Origin: Antedon mediterranea
Lineage: Eukaryota; Animalia; Echinodermata
Assembly: GCF_964355755.1 (NCBI RefSeq)
Contig: NC_092677.1
Span: forward strand, 6,098,101 to 6,162,100
Direction of reading: 5' to 3'
Length of the DNA stretch: 64,000 nucleotides
Made by a program: the position numbers and the translations under genes. The notes beneath the pieces are model-generated. The model did not search any database and had not been told where the DNA came from. It worked only from the letters and a program-made list of their open reading frames with translations. Below are positions 14,052 through 26,081 of this stretch, piece by piece; position 1 is the stretch's first letter, and every line of letters begins with the position of its first letter.

Positions 14052-15197
14052 ATTGTAGTAATATGCTGATCATTTCAAATGCACAGCAGATTACAGTGTG
14101 GTTCAGATGATCCCTGAATTCTCAGATGATGCCTTAATTCTCAGCTGATCCCTGAATGCTAAATGTTTGGGTTAATACAGTAATACTATAATACCCAGAT
14201 GATACAGTATATTGTATTGTTAATGTTTGTGTGTTTGTCATCTTATGGGATTGGATCTGATCTGGAAGCTACTGTACAAACGCCATCATATAGGCTATCT
14301 CGTACAGGCCACGCTCCCATGGGCTGATTTCTATTCATAGAACATAGAGTATGTACACACAACATTCTGTCTTTACTCCATGGTTACGAGCTATATTATT
14401 AAATGGTTTTTTTTTATATATTTTTTTCATTCCAAAGATATGATTTGCTCCTCAATTTTAATTAGCTTTTTAACAACCTTTTCTCTTCAAAATGTGACAC
14501 ACATACACTACAAATAACAAATTATGCATTTATAGCGACATGTATGTTGCTACTGCTGCCACAAAAGATAATCATGAATTACAAATTATTAAGGAGGGTC
14601 TCAAGTACAATACTGTACATTCTAGCTACAGTCAATACTACTAGTAATGTACTAGCTATTAGTATTACACTTATTTATCGGTACTTCGATGGCCTAGACG
14701 TTACTCCAAATACCATCTGATTTGTTTTTATAGTCAGTCAATTACCTCAAACCTTACATCAAACAGTATTAATACTATTAATACTAATATTTACCTTCAA
14801 TATGAAACAACAAATTTTATAATTGACATTGTTTATTAAAGAACTTGAAAGTGTAAATCCATAGGCTGGCTGTGTAAGAGGCTGTGTCAGTGTGTACAGC
14901 CATATTGCCGATTTCAGCCAGACATTGTTTAATGTTGTAGAGAGAAGCCATTTTATTTGGGTGACTAAATACAGAATTAGAGGGAAATTTGAATATATAG
15001 ATTGCTGTTTTGCACCGGCTTTCCGCATAAAAACTGGGCTTTATGTCACTACAATATGGATGATGGCTACAAACATGTTAATGCTTTGACAAAGTTCACT
15101 ACATGGAACAAAGGTCATTTTTATTGCAAAAAATTGTTCACACCCATGAACCAAACTTGGTCAAAAGCACGAGTAGACTTTATAGAATTAGTTCTTA

Positions 15198-16104
15198 CAC
15201 CCGTATAATTCTTAAACCAAACTTTAGTCGTAGTTGAAGTTCGACTTGAAAAAATCCTAGTTCGAGCTATTCTACTTCAAATTCGATCATACAAGTAGTC
15301 AAAGTATGCAGTTCGACTTAATGAAGTCAAGCTTTTAGTCGAATTGCACTCGTCTGGGTAGCAAGGCTATACATTGGCCAATGTCAAGAGAGTATTTGAG
15401 GAGCAGACGAAATTGTGCACATTGATATCACTTTCCATTTTCTTACAAAACTTTTTACGCATCAGGACTATACATGAAAAATAATTATAAAAGATCAGTA
15501 TTAATTTAACAGTGAAGTACTTTTGATTATAACAACAAACAAAATCTTCAAAAAATATTTAAGAACCATGGCGGTATGGTAACTTTCATATTTTCTAGGC
15601 CTCCAACAACGTATGATCGCGACAAACCACATACTTCACAGCGTGACAAGAAAGCACTAGGCCCCCTAAACATTCCATCACGTGGTGAGTTTCCGCATCT
15701 CCCATTGTCGCTATGGCGTGACGTAGTTAAAGTTGGACTTGCGCGAGGAAAATAATGTGATTTGTATATGGTTGTAAATAAACATGATTAGCATAATTAT
15801 AACATACAATACAATGTATATTTAATTAAGCTAATATAAAAATAGATATTTCTTTCTTCAATATCTGGCCAATATAACAACTCAATGACTGGGTTTTATA
15901 AACCTAGTTTAAATACCATTTAGTTGGCGATTTAGCCGGCCCCCTTAAGGACTAAAGAAATCGATCAAAATCCGTCTTGATTTAGTCGAGGTTGGCCTGA
16001 TTTTGTCGCCGATTTAGTTTAAGTTCGGTTTATGAATTAAAATGACGTCATTTTTAAAGTTTTAGCTCGAACTACGTTTAAAGTCCGGTTTAAGAATACC
16101 GGCG
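15198..16104. mobile_element. PIF/Harbinger-like MITE, about 0.9 kb (copy 1)
   Basis: TIRs of the c(g/a)cccgtattcttaaacc type; TTA on both flanks; full inverted homolog at 41126-42043. Confidence 0.88.
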
Positions 16105-16149
16105 TTATTCTTTGATGTAGTGCCGTATACAGCCATTTATTGTAAATTA

Positions 16150-16850
16150 GATAACAAGTTGTGATGTTCAAGGGGTTTTAGTATAAAACTTATGTTCATT
16201 TAAATATCGCGATTGTACAGTAGCAATATATGCACACTAATTATGCACTTGAGCCATTTTTGCCTATGTATATCTCTTAAAATATTCATTTTGTTACTTT
16301 GAATGTTGCAGAAATGGATTCAGGGTCAAAAGTTTTGCTAGGATAACAAGTTGTGATGTTCTAGGGGTTTCAGTATAAAACTTATGTCCATTTAAATATC
16401 GCGATTGTAGCAATATGTACACACTAATTATGCGCTTGAGCCATTTTTGACCACTTATATCTCTTAAACTATTCATTTTAAAGTCTTCTAAAGTAAAGGC
16501 GATAACAATGGTGTTTATGTTCATTTAAATATCGCGATTGTACAGTAGCAATATATGCACACTAATTATGCACTTGAGCCATTTTTGCCTATGTATATCT
16601 CTTAAACTATTCATTTTGTTACTTTGAATGTTGCAGAAATGGATTCAGGGTCAAAAGTTTTGCTAGGATAACAAGTTGTGATGTTCTAGGGGTTTCAGTA
16701 TAAAACTTATGTCCATTTAAATATCGCGATTGTAGCAATATGTACACACTAATTATGCGCTTGAGCCATTTTTGACCACTTATTTATATCTCTTAAACTA
16801 TTCATTTTGTTACTTTAAATGTTGCAGAAATGGATTCAGGGCCAAAAATT
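16150..16850. repeat. Tandem array of about 190-bp units with A-B-A-B variant pattern
   Basis: Units start near 16150, 16341, 16515 (partial) and 16666; diagnostic variants alternate. Confidence 0.9.
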
Positions 16851-16859
16851 GTGTAAAAT

Positions 16860-17685
16860 TGAATGTATTGAAAGCACTAGGATATAAAATGCTGAAATTA
16901 TGATCTTCCGAAAATTGACGATAGCACGTTTTGCATTGAAATTGCTACAAATATACACAAAACGCCTTCATTTTATAGTCATATTTGGACATGAAGGAAT
17001 AAAGACACCAAACTGGTATTTGGAACATAGCTGAATCATGCATTGATGAACTTATATGATGAGTTTCAACTTTGGGAATAATTGCCCACAAGGTCAAAGT
17101 TCAAAACGAAAAAGTAGTGATTTTTTGTATTTTGTGTCCCGAGTGACTTTTTGACACGCAGTGTACCCCTAAGATGAAGTTTTAAAATGATGAACTTTTT
17201 TGTATGGATACATTTCATACCATATATTAATATTATATAGGAAAAAATCAATTTACAAATGTATTTTCATATTTAAATAAGGGGTCAAAATTGCCGAAAC
17301 TGTTCGAGACAAAATAAATTGGGGTCTCTAGGGACCAAAATCTCGGAAATTAATTGAGATACAGCAATTTTTTTTTCATTTTTTTAATCTATGACCAAAA
17401 TTATGTCAGTGTATCAATATTCCGCTTATTAGCTTTAATAGTTTATAAAATATGGCTAATTAAAAATGCAACTTTACAAAAAGGTAATTTATTAAGACCG
17501 AAAATTCTACAGACGACACATTTTCAAATGGCCATAACTTTTAAACGACTTGGAGTTGGCAACTGAAATTTTTGGTGTGTTCGTGAGACATATAGTTGTA
17601 TATTATATGTAAGTTTCAAGGAAATCTGAGGGGGTACCCAGCCATGATTTTCAGAAAATTTGTTGAGTTGGCATGGAATGACCCA
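16860..17685. mobile_element. End of a DNA transposon terminating in ATGGAATGACCC
   Basis: Terminus is the reverse complement of the one at 5504; inner boundary uncertain. Confidence 0.5.
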
Positions 17686-18345
17686 TATACAATATGCCCA
17701 AATAGAACATCACTGATTATCATTAGTAAAAAACATAAACATTCTATAGTACAAATATCCTGCTTTACCCCAAAGAACCGAGTTTCCTCAAGCAGTACGT
17801 CAGCCTTGTATTTAACTTCTTAACTACGATCAACATGTCCACCCATTTAAGCTTTAGTCAAACACTACTGCCAGATACTTATAATTGTTAACAATCTCTA
17901 CTTCCTTTACTTTTTTTAATTAATGTATACTGTCAGACCAATTATGTTTTCGAAAATCAATCCTTATTTCTTTTGTTTTATTTATGTTTAGTTCAAGAAA
18001 ATAAAAAATATGATTTATCTACCGATAGGATTGGGCCGATTAGAATGCATTTGCCAACATTCTTTTACATCTTTCACAACATTATAGAGTTTAGGTAATT
18101 TAACCGATTGTAATGTAGTATTTAGGATATTTTAATATCGATTGTACTGTAGTATTTAGGATGTTTTAATTCCGATTGTAATTGTATTGTAGTATTTAAG
18201 ATTTTCTAATTTCGAATCCGATGCAGACCTTGATTTAAAAGGAGCGCCATGGCGCTGACGCTCCTTGGCGCTCCTGAAAACGATCAAAGGAGCGCCTAAA
18301 ATAGCGCTCCCCAACCTGTTACAGTGCGTCATAAAAATATATATA

Positions 18346-18878
18346 ACTAGACTATAACTATTTTTTTAAATTAGTTCTAGGTGTAAATATGTTAACTGCA
18401 CACTGCAAAGTTGTGGATGACAGTGTGGTGTAATGGTTATGTATCCAGCCTCTCACAGTTGAGATCGCTGGTTCAAGTCCCACTGAGGGTTTTTTTTTTT
18501 TATTATTTTTTTATTTATTTATTTTTTTTTTTTGTGGACCTTGATCTTTTACCCTGACCCTTCAAAATTTAACCACAATTATATGATGTGTCATTGATCA
18601 TTGTGGCTAAGTTTGGTGAGAATCGGATCAAAACTGTGGTCTCTAGGCAGTAAAATAGTTTTTTGTTAGTTGTGACCTTGACCTATGACCTTTCCCCTCA
18701 AATTCGAACTCGTCCGAGCTTTTTGGGCATAGATCATTGTGTCCAAATTTGGTTAGAATCGGATAAAAACTGTGGCCTCCAGGCTGTTCACAGACACACA
18801 CACAAACACACAAACACACACACAAACACACACACAAACATACAGGGGTGAAAACATAACCTCCTTGGCGGAGGTAAT
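18346..18878 (-). mobile_element. Helentron-type non-autonomous element (HINE) with CA microsatellite
   Basis: Ends aaaacataacctccttggcggaggtaat, with tgaccttgacc motifs and a (ca)n tract; left boundary at aactag is tentative. Confidence 0.7.
18419..18490 (+). pseudogene. tRNA-like / SINE-head segment
   Basis: A box tggtgtaatgg, B box ggttcaagtcc, followed by a long T run; acceptor stem does not pair well. Confidence 0.6.
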
Positions 18879-19736
18879 GATAAGAATATTAACCCTGAAT
18901 ACAACACACAGTCTATATATAGTCGCGCAAACGATCTTTGTTATGGCTACCCCCGATAGGCTAGGCGCGCCTACGATCTTTGATGTTGCGAGAAAAATAT
19001 CGTAAACAATTCATTCTAAATATAGTATCAGAACGTTCAATCGGTAGCTCAAAAAGACTGCCGTCAGAAGACCGTAATTATACAGACCTAGTTTTTTTGG
19101 TCACATGGCATGAAACGCGATACTCTCTGCTTTAGTACCGCAACATCTCACATGTTTTTTTTTTAACTCAGTATGTGAGGGTGGCTGCCGACGATAAACA
19201 GTAATTAAGATCGTGTACCTGGATTTTGTGTCACATGACATGAAACACTCTCTCTGATCTTAATAACTGCTCACATGTTTTCCCCTCCAAATTCTGGTCG
19301 GGCCTTTTCTTATACACATGTCGCCTTTATGTTAAATCTTATAGTAATTAATATGGATGGAATATATATTTATTTTGCATATATTTTGTTGGTGTCCTAG
19401 CCTAGGTGTCGTTGTTTTTATAATTCGCTAACCCAAGGTAGGATTAAATAATTTATAGTGTAGGCCGCCGAAACTAGACTAGATAGATAGCCTCGACTCT
19501 CTCTCTCTCTCTGCGTGAGCTGAGAGGTCCACGGACCCGATGTCGTCTCGTCGGCGGATTTCCGTCCAAATTAGGATAACCGATGCGTAGGCCTAGCTAG
19601 GGTGGCTACAAAAATTGACGTCTACTATCTTTAGATAGGATTTTAATTAGCAAACAATACATTGTTTGTTTGCATTGTCCATGCTTCTAAAGTAAAGGCG
19701 ATAACAATGGTGTTTACTAACCCTACGAACCACCCT

Positions 19737-19943
19737 ATCTATGTTTTGCGGTAGTATTTAATTATATTTATGGTAATAAATGAATCCTACTGTGTTTAAA
19801 ATTATGTATGGATAATAAACAAGTATTGTTTTTAAGCTGTAGTTTATCTTAGAATTTGTAATCTTAGGTCTTGGGTCTTAGCTTTCGTGATCTTAGGTCT
19901 TAGGGGGTCTTAGCTTTCGTGGTCTTAGGTTTCGTGACACCCT
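19737..19943. mobile_element. Single transposon end with ctaagacc subterminal repeats; near-identical inverted copy at 37580-37803
   Basis: agggtgtcacgaaacctaagaccacgaaagctaagacc... at 37580 matches the reverse complement of this segment for about 210 bp. Confidence 0.8.
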
Positions 19944-20802
19944 ACATCGTAGACTACGTTCAGAGAACAATGAGAATTTTACGTGCGAGAGTACCATTTC
20001 CGGCCATCTAGAGGTGTCATTTATCCAAATTCGGCTCGCCACAGGCCCAACCATGGTGGGCCTGTGCCTCGAATACTTAATCAAAATAATGAGGAGAGCC
20101 ATTAGGAGCTCTCCTCTTATATTTATAAATCAAGATCTGCAATTGTACTAACATTTAAAGTGTTTAAATCCAGATAGGAATAACATAGGCCTAGTATTTA
20201 TGCTTTACTTTTGATTATACTGTAGTGTTTAGTTTAGTTTTTATATATAATAAGTAAGTATACCTACTTATATAGTTTTTATTTATTTATTCATAGGAAT
20301 CACCTTTATATCGGTGTCACACATTTATCAGTTAACAGACAAAATTACAAATAACATAAGCCACAAAGTTCTAAATACTAATACTTAACATCAAAACAAA
20401 ATGTTTTTTGTTTTTTTTTTCATACATCTAATTAATTAATTAATTAGATGTATGAAAATAGATAATATGTAAATTGTACAATATATATAACTACAAAAAT
20501 AAAAACAGAACAACAAAAATACAGGATAGGCCTAATAAATAAATAAAACTTACAGCATCCTCATAGAGACGTCTGTAGCTTGTTTACTGTATTAATCAAT
20601 TAGTTGAGAGAGGTAATGCTGATAACATTGTAGATCTAGTAACCCATACTTTCATTAAATATTTTTTACAATAAAAATCAAAGATTTTTCCTAATGCATT
20701 TTCAGTGAATAAATTGTCTAGCATAAAGTGTTTTAATTCCTGAGATCCACAATTAAAATTATCCCAGTACATACTTAATTATTGTCTAACAGAGAGACAT
20801 AT

Positions 20803-22256
20803 GGCGCTACTGCAGTTTCGCACCACACTGTTATATCTTTGATTTCTCGCTTAATTTTTTTCTCACACCCACATCATACAATTTTGGGCCATTATGTAAC
20901 ATGTTCCCATGATTTAGCCACCGTTACATTACCTTTATCACAATAAAAAATGCCTTTCAAAACAGCTCCTTTTTTCGCGAATACTTTGATCGAATTGTGG
21001 CCATTTTAGAATCAGAAAATTGCCAGAAATCAATGTATGTATTGTTTTATTTTCGGTTTTTATTTTTAAACTGCAAAGAGTGTTTTTTATAAAGAACCAG
21101 CTGTACATATCAAAACGGCGACGATATGAGTTCGTACATAAAACATTGATAGGAACCATTAATATGAATAATAATACTAGGCCTAATAATGAAGTATTAA
21201 TTTACCTCCGCCAAGGAGGTATATGTAAACGGTAGCGTGTGTTTGTTTGTTAGCAGGATTACTCAAAAAGTAATTACAAGATCTTTACCAAAATGAATAG
21301 ACAGATAGATATGTGGTCAAGGACCATTCCATTAAATTTTTGGACCATTTGGGTCCACAGTCCCAATTCTGGACCACTTTTTAGTATACTTTTTTAGACC
21401 TGCTAGTGTTAAAAGATCGGACAGAATTTTTCAAAAGCCGGCGAGCAGTCTTAAAGTAACAAGTAAATTGAAATTGCATTTTCTCGAGAACTACTTGTCC
21501 AAAAAACTTCATTTTTGAACAAGAGTTATAATTTGTGATTTGTAATTTTAAAACATAATTTGATTTAATTTGCACGTTTTTTGATGTGAGTAGTTTAAAA
21601 AACCTATTTCTTTTCAAATTCACTCGTTTGATTTTCGCGTTGCTGTTGTTAGTTGTTAGTCAACTGAAGCTTTTGTTAATTGAAAGGCTTGTTGTTACAT
21701 AACCATTACACCAAACTCGCATACACATGCTTGTAATGAAATTAGCCTAAATCACAAACAGCATTAAGACACACACAAATATATATACTGTATATATATT
21801 TTTTACCGGAGAAATCTAATGTAGGAGAATTTTACAGTAGGCGGAGGTATGCCCTCTCGGAGTGGCTTTCTAGTTTAACCTTTATTTCGCCAGCTGAAAA
21901 CATTTCTTGCTTTTCAAAACTATAATTATAGGCCTAGGCTATATTATTATTATGTGTAATCGGATTTTATAACACTGCCCTCTATAGTTTCTACAATTTT
22001 TGGGGTAAAATGAAGCATAAATTCTGGCAATTAAGTGATAAATATAAGATGGCGAACATTTCGCAGTGTGTTGACAGCGAGTTCAGTATTGTTTAAAATG
22101 TTTTGAAAAGTATTGTTATTTAAAAAAAATTATTTCGTAAGTGGTCGAATCGTATAAACATGTTACATAATATGTTGTGAGTGTAAAAAACGAAAGTTTA
22201 GGTGAGAAATTGAAGATATATAACGGTGTGGTGCGAAACTGCAGTAGCGCCGGACA
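20803..22256. mobile_element. Non-autonomous TIR DNA element
   Basis: ggcgctactgcagtttcgcaccacac at 20803 and its exact reverse complement ending 22251. Confidence 0.82.
21200..21873 (+). mobile_element. Complete Helentron-type HINE nested in the TIR element
   Basis: 5' ttacctccgccaaggaggt, gttt microsatellite, 3' sub-TIR ggcggaggta, short hairpin and CTAG followed by TT. Confidence 0.85.
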
Positions 22257-23749
22257 TATAATTATAAAAAATGGTTTACTGTTTTCGTTAGTACTACACA
22301 TCTTCTTACATAATCCTGTGTTATGATTTGACCCTCAAGATCTAGAGAGTTTGAATTTGCTTTAAATTTTAAATTGATACTCTTAAAATACATTAGTTTT
22401 ATCTAACAAATATTGTTCAAGGTTTGGAGTTCCTTTATACATAGTATATTCCGTTAACGTTGTTTTGCATGGAATTTCGTTTTGCATTGGGCCTTTAAAA
22501 ACCACTCGTTATGATCAACTTGTTTATTATTTCCTAAATGGCTTTTCCAGTTAGTAGATGGTTCTTCATTAAATTTGTCTATAAAATTTGTTTTATTTAA
22601 AATATCTTTAGTTAATAAATAAATAGTAATATTGTTACAAAATCTTGGCATTCCCTAATAATAACATGCCTTATAAAAAGTACATGCAATTGTATTGTCT
22701 TCCCATTCAATAGACACCCTTCTCTACATAAAACATAATACACCACACCCCTATCATAATAATGGTATAGTCCATATAAGTCGAGGTGGCCGAAAACGGC
22801 ACCTGATGTGATCTGATCCAACATTCGTTTTCGTGTAGGCCTACACGATCGTCTTTCCTTTATTTTATAATGGGCCCGATCGTCTAATATTGGCCCAATC
22901 GTCTTAGTTTAGTTAGACCCTCTAATAGAGGCGTTGAGCCCGAACGTCAACATGCGTTTCTACCCGAGCGTCTTAAAAAAAGCCAAGCTAGGCCTAGGCC
23001 TAGCCTCTATCTATAGGCGGCCTACTTGTATGTAATGCAAAAAAAGATAAAGGACACTAATTTCAGTAGGAGTTTAATAGCAGGCCACAACAAAATTCAC
23101 CAACCTTGCCGGCAGTAAATCTGTCTCCTCACATGTACCGTGTATACTGTAATCTGTACAGCTAGCATTGTTGTTAATTACATTTTTTGAAATCACCCGC
23201 TCAAACTCTTCCTTCTCTCTCTCTCTCTCAACAAACGGGTGGCTTTGGTACACGCCCACCACAATGCATGAATGAATGTGATTGGTCCGACGTCGCGTGT
23301 ATGTAGTGTGTGTGTGTGTGTGGGTGGTTTAATATTTTCACTACCCGCCGTCCAACCACATTATAGCTGCATAGTCACTATATTGACTATTAGTATGAGG
23401 CATGGAGAATTTCTCCATGATAGGCCTATATAGGCTATACCGACCTGTCCATAGGCCTATCTATACATTTTGTTTATACTAATACTATAGCAATGGTGTG
23501 AATTTTAAACTGCACAAAGCCAAATAAAACCTAGAAATATTTAATTATGACTGAACAACCCTTCCTCCCAATTAGAAAATAGCTTTATATAGTCTGGCAT
23601 AATTCTGGAAAACCAATTTTGTAGGTTGTTCATGATGATCTAGCGTTTTTCTTTTGGTGGTGGTACACAGGTAGGTCTACATACAACATATTCAAATATA
23701 TTCTGACACTTTGTTGATTTTTTAGGTAATGCTTTAATAGCATAATCTG

Positions 23750-24780
23750 GCATTAATAATAATAATATTTATTTGGAACAACACTTTTTTAACAGTGGCA
23801 CACATGCGTAGATGGTGCGTCCATACCAATTACAATTCAACAATACAAAAACAATGAAAAATAAAAACTGAAACGAAAATAAAACATATTTGAGATAATG
23901 ACATAAAATCTGACTCGACGCTATTACAAAACTTATCTACAAACTAAAACTACACTAATACAACTACTAATTTTGCAACAGCAATGGAAAAGAAAACACT
24001 TTTTTTTTAAATAAAACAGTTCAAAGTTGTAATACAATTGCATTTCTTAATTTCCAAGCACGGCTTGTGTACATTTTACAATAACTGTCAAATACAGCAT
24101 AAATGTCGTGAGAGTTATTTATTTTTATGGAATAACGTGCTTCCTAGGACATATTGAACCTTAATAGATAGGTCACCAGAAATAAAATTTACCCAAGTAT
24201 CTACACAATTTATTGCAATAAGTTTACGTTGAAGTGTTTGTAATTCTTCCATTCTAATACAATGTAACTTATTACAAATAAACAGGAAATGTTTAACATC
24301 TTCTTCACCTGACCCACAAACCTACACTTCATTTAGATTATCAATGTTCCACTTATTTGTAATTTTTCCAAGTGGTAAGTGTTTGAACGAAGTTTAAATT
24401 TTAAACTTGAGCCATAAAAATCTGTTTTATCCAGTAGGTAAGGTTCTAGGCCAGGTGACTCTTTTATCAAAGAGCAATCAAGCAAAGATGATTTTCTTTG
24501 TTTTCAAAAAGTAGAATACGATTGTTTAATTGTATTTTCAAATGGCTTGACCCAGTTTATATCAATATCGGTACTTGCATATATCATTAAGAATGGCATT
24601 GAAATCGAACTTAAAATAATCACAAGTTTTTTCAAATTCATTAATAAATTGGTACCTTGAATTAAAATTCTTATGTCTAATAATTGTATTTAATATAAGT
24701 TTTGGCCAACGATACATTTCCATTCCATACACATAACATTTCTTATATACTTTGCTTTAAAAATATCCTGAGTTACTTTA
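23750..24780 (-). mobile_element. Decayed LINE 3' fragment (same family as 31.6-34.2 kb)
   Basis: Minus-strand SSLKFKLRSNT..VCGSGEEDVKHFLFIC; AATAAA plus (att)n tail at about 23755-23775. Confidence 0.7.
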
Positions 24781-26081
24781 ATCGCCATAAAGTGTGCTGC
24801 TGCCACCAAAGATTGTATAGCGCCCGCTATACAATCTTTGCTGCAACCTCTAGCATTATTATTTTGTTTTCATCATCACTGGCCACACTGGTCACAACCT
24901 CGTTGATAATATGCAGCAGAAAACTGCGTAGAATACATCAATATGGCCGGCGGTAAACGCAATCTGGAAAACCCCCCTACTCTTAATATATCCATACGCC
25001 TCTCATGGTGGATGGTCGTTTAAAAAAAAGTGCTGTTTAGAGAGGATTGGCGCTAGAATTTGCCCGACGGAGGGACAAGGGACTTAAATCATTTATCAAT
25101 TTTTTTATTAACTTATAAAAACAGTCTGGTAAATCAATCAGTATCAAAAGAAGAATTTTACTGTTTTATTTGAAAATATCCCATAATGCACCATTATGTG
25201 ACAGAAACTAATCGCCACATTCCGTGAACTATTTTATGCTTCTTTCTTTTAGATGAAAAATCCGACCTATACTATAGGCCTAGTAACAGATTCATTATTT
25301 TTATAAAACACACTCATACAAATTGTTTCAATCAACTATCTCCGACTTTATACTGTCTTGTAAAAATCAGAAACATAATATATATATTAATCTTCTTGTT
25401 TATTTGCGTGTGTGTGTGACGCGTCCATCCATTACGGAGGCTTAAAGTGACCTTCCGACGAAATTAACACTTGCAGGCAATGAAACGACGTAGGCCCTAT
25501 AGTAACAACCAACACAAGTGTTAGATAAGTACAGTAGGTATATACTAAATCACACTAAAGGCCAATTTACACAGACGAGCGGTGAGCGGAAAACTCCACA
25601 AAAAAAATACAATCTATGTTATTATGACCAAGTTGAAAAAAATTATGTTGGAATTGTATTAAGGCTGTTCTATCATAAATATACATTTTTAACGAACACA
25701 AATTACTAAAATCACTGACAACATAATTATTGTTTTTTTGCATTACGGATGAAGTAGGTAACCAATATTGAACATACGTGTGTGCGTGTGGCACAGTGTG
25801 TTGGACGTTGGACTACTGATCGATAGACCCGTCCTAGAAAGCCCATCAGACTTCTTTAGAAAAGTTCATATTCATTTTGATTCGCTGTAACTGTATCATT
25901 TGTCTTTACTTCTTTTATGTGTAAACTGACTTTGGAGTTGGGTCAACCGGCTCAGCTACAGTGATTAAGTTCACTTAGGTTGACCCTGGTCTCCCCAATT
26001 TCAGTTTTTGTTTGTTTTGTATATACTTAAATAGACAAAATAAATAATGAAATGAAATAATGAGTGTAAATTGGACGTTTT

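Larger units (their letters stand above)
18224..20139. mobile_element. Non-autonomous TIR element (CAG termini, hAT-like) carrying nested insertions
   Basis: cagaccttgattta at left, taaatcaagatctg at right, ggagcgcc/ggagagcc subterminal motifs at both ends; no clear 8-bp TSD. Confidence 0.65.
20540..22760 (-). mobile_element. Decayed LINE 3' fragment split by a TIR element
   Basis: Minus-strand translation near 22330-22440 gives PNLEQYLLDKTN..NLKFKANSNSL, homologous to SLESYLLDKTN..SLKFKLRSNTL at 31.8 kb. Confidence 0.6.

Noticed and set aside
5504-17685. GGGTCATTCCAT ends at 5504 and 17685 as one 12-kb transposon
   Set aside because: Flanks differ (aaaa versus atat, no TSD) and a probable host exon at 6796-6829 lies between them; more likely two separate fragments.
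18419-18490. Functional tRNA gene (also considered for 49020-49097)
   Set aside because: Pairing is incomplete and both lie in repeat context; reported as tRNA-like relics. tRNAscan-SE would settle it.
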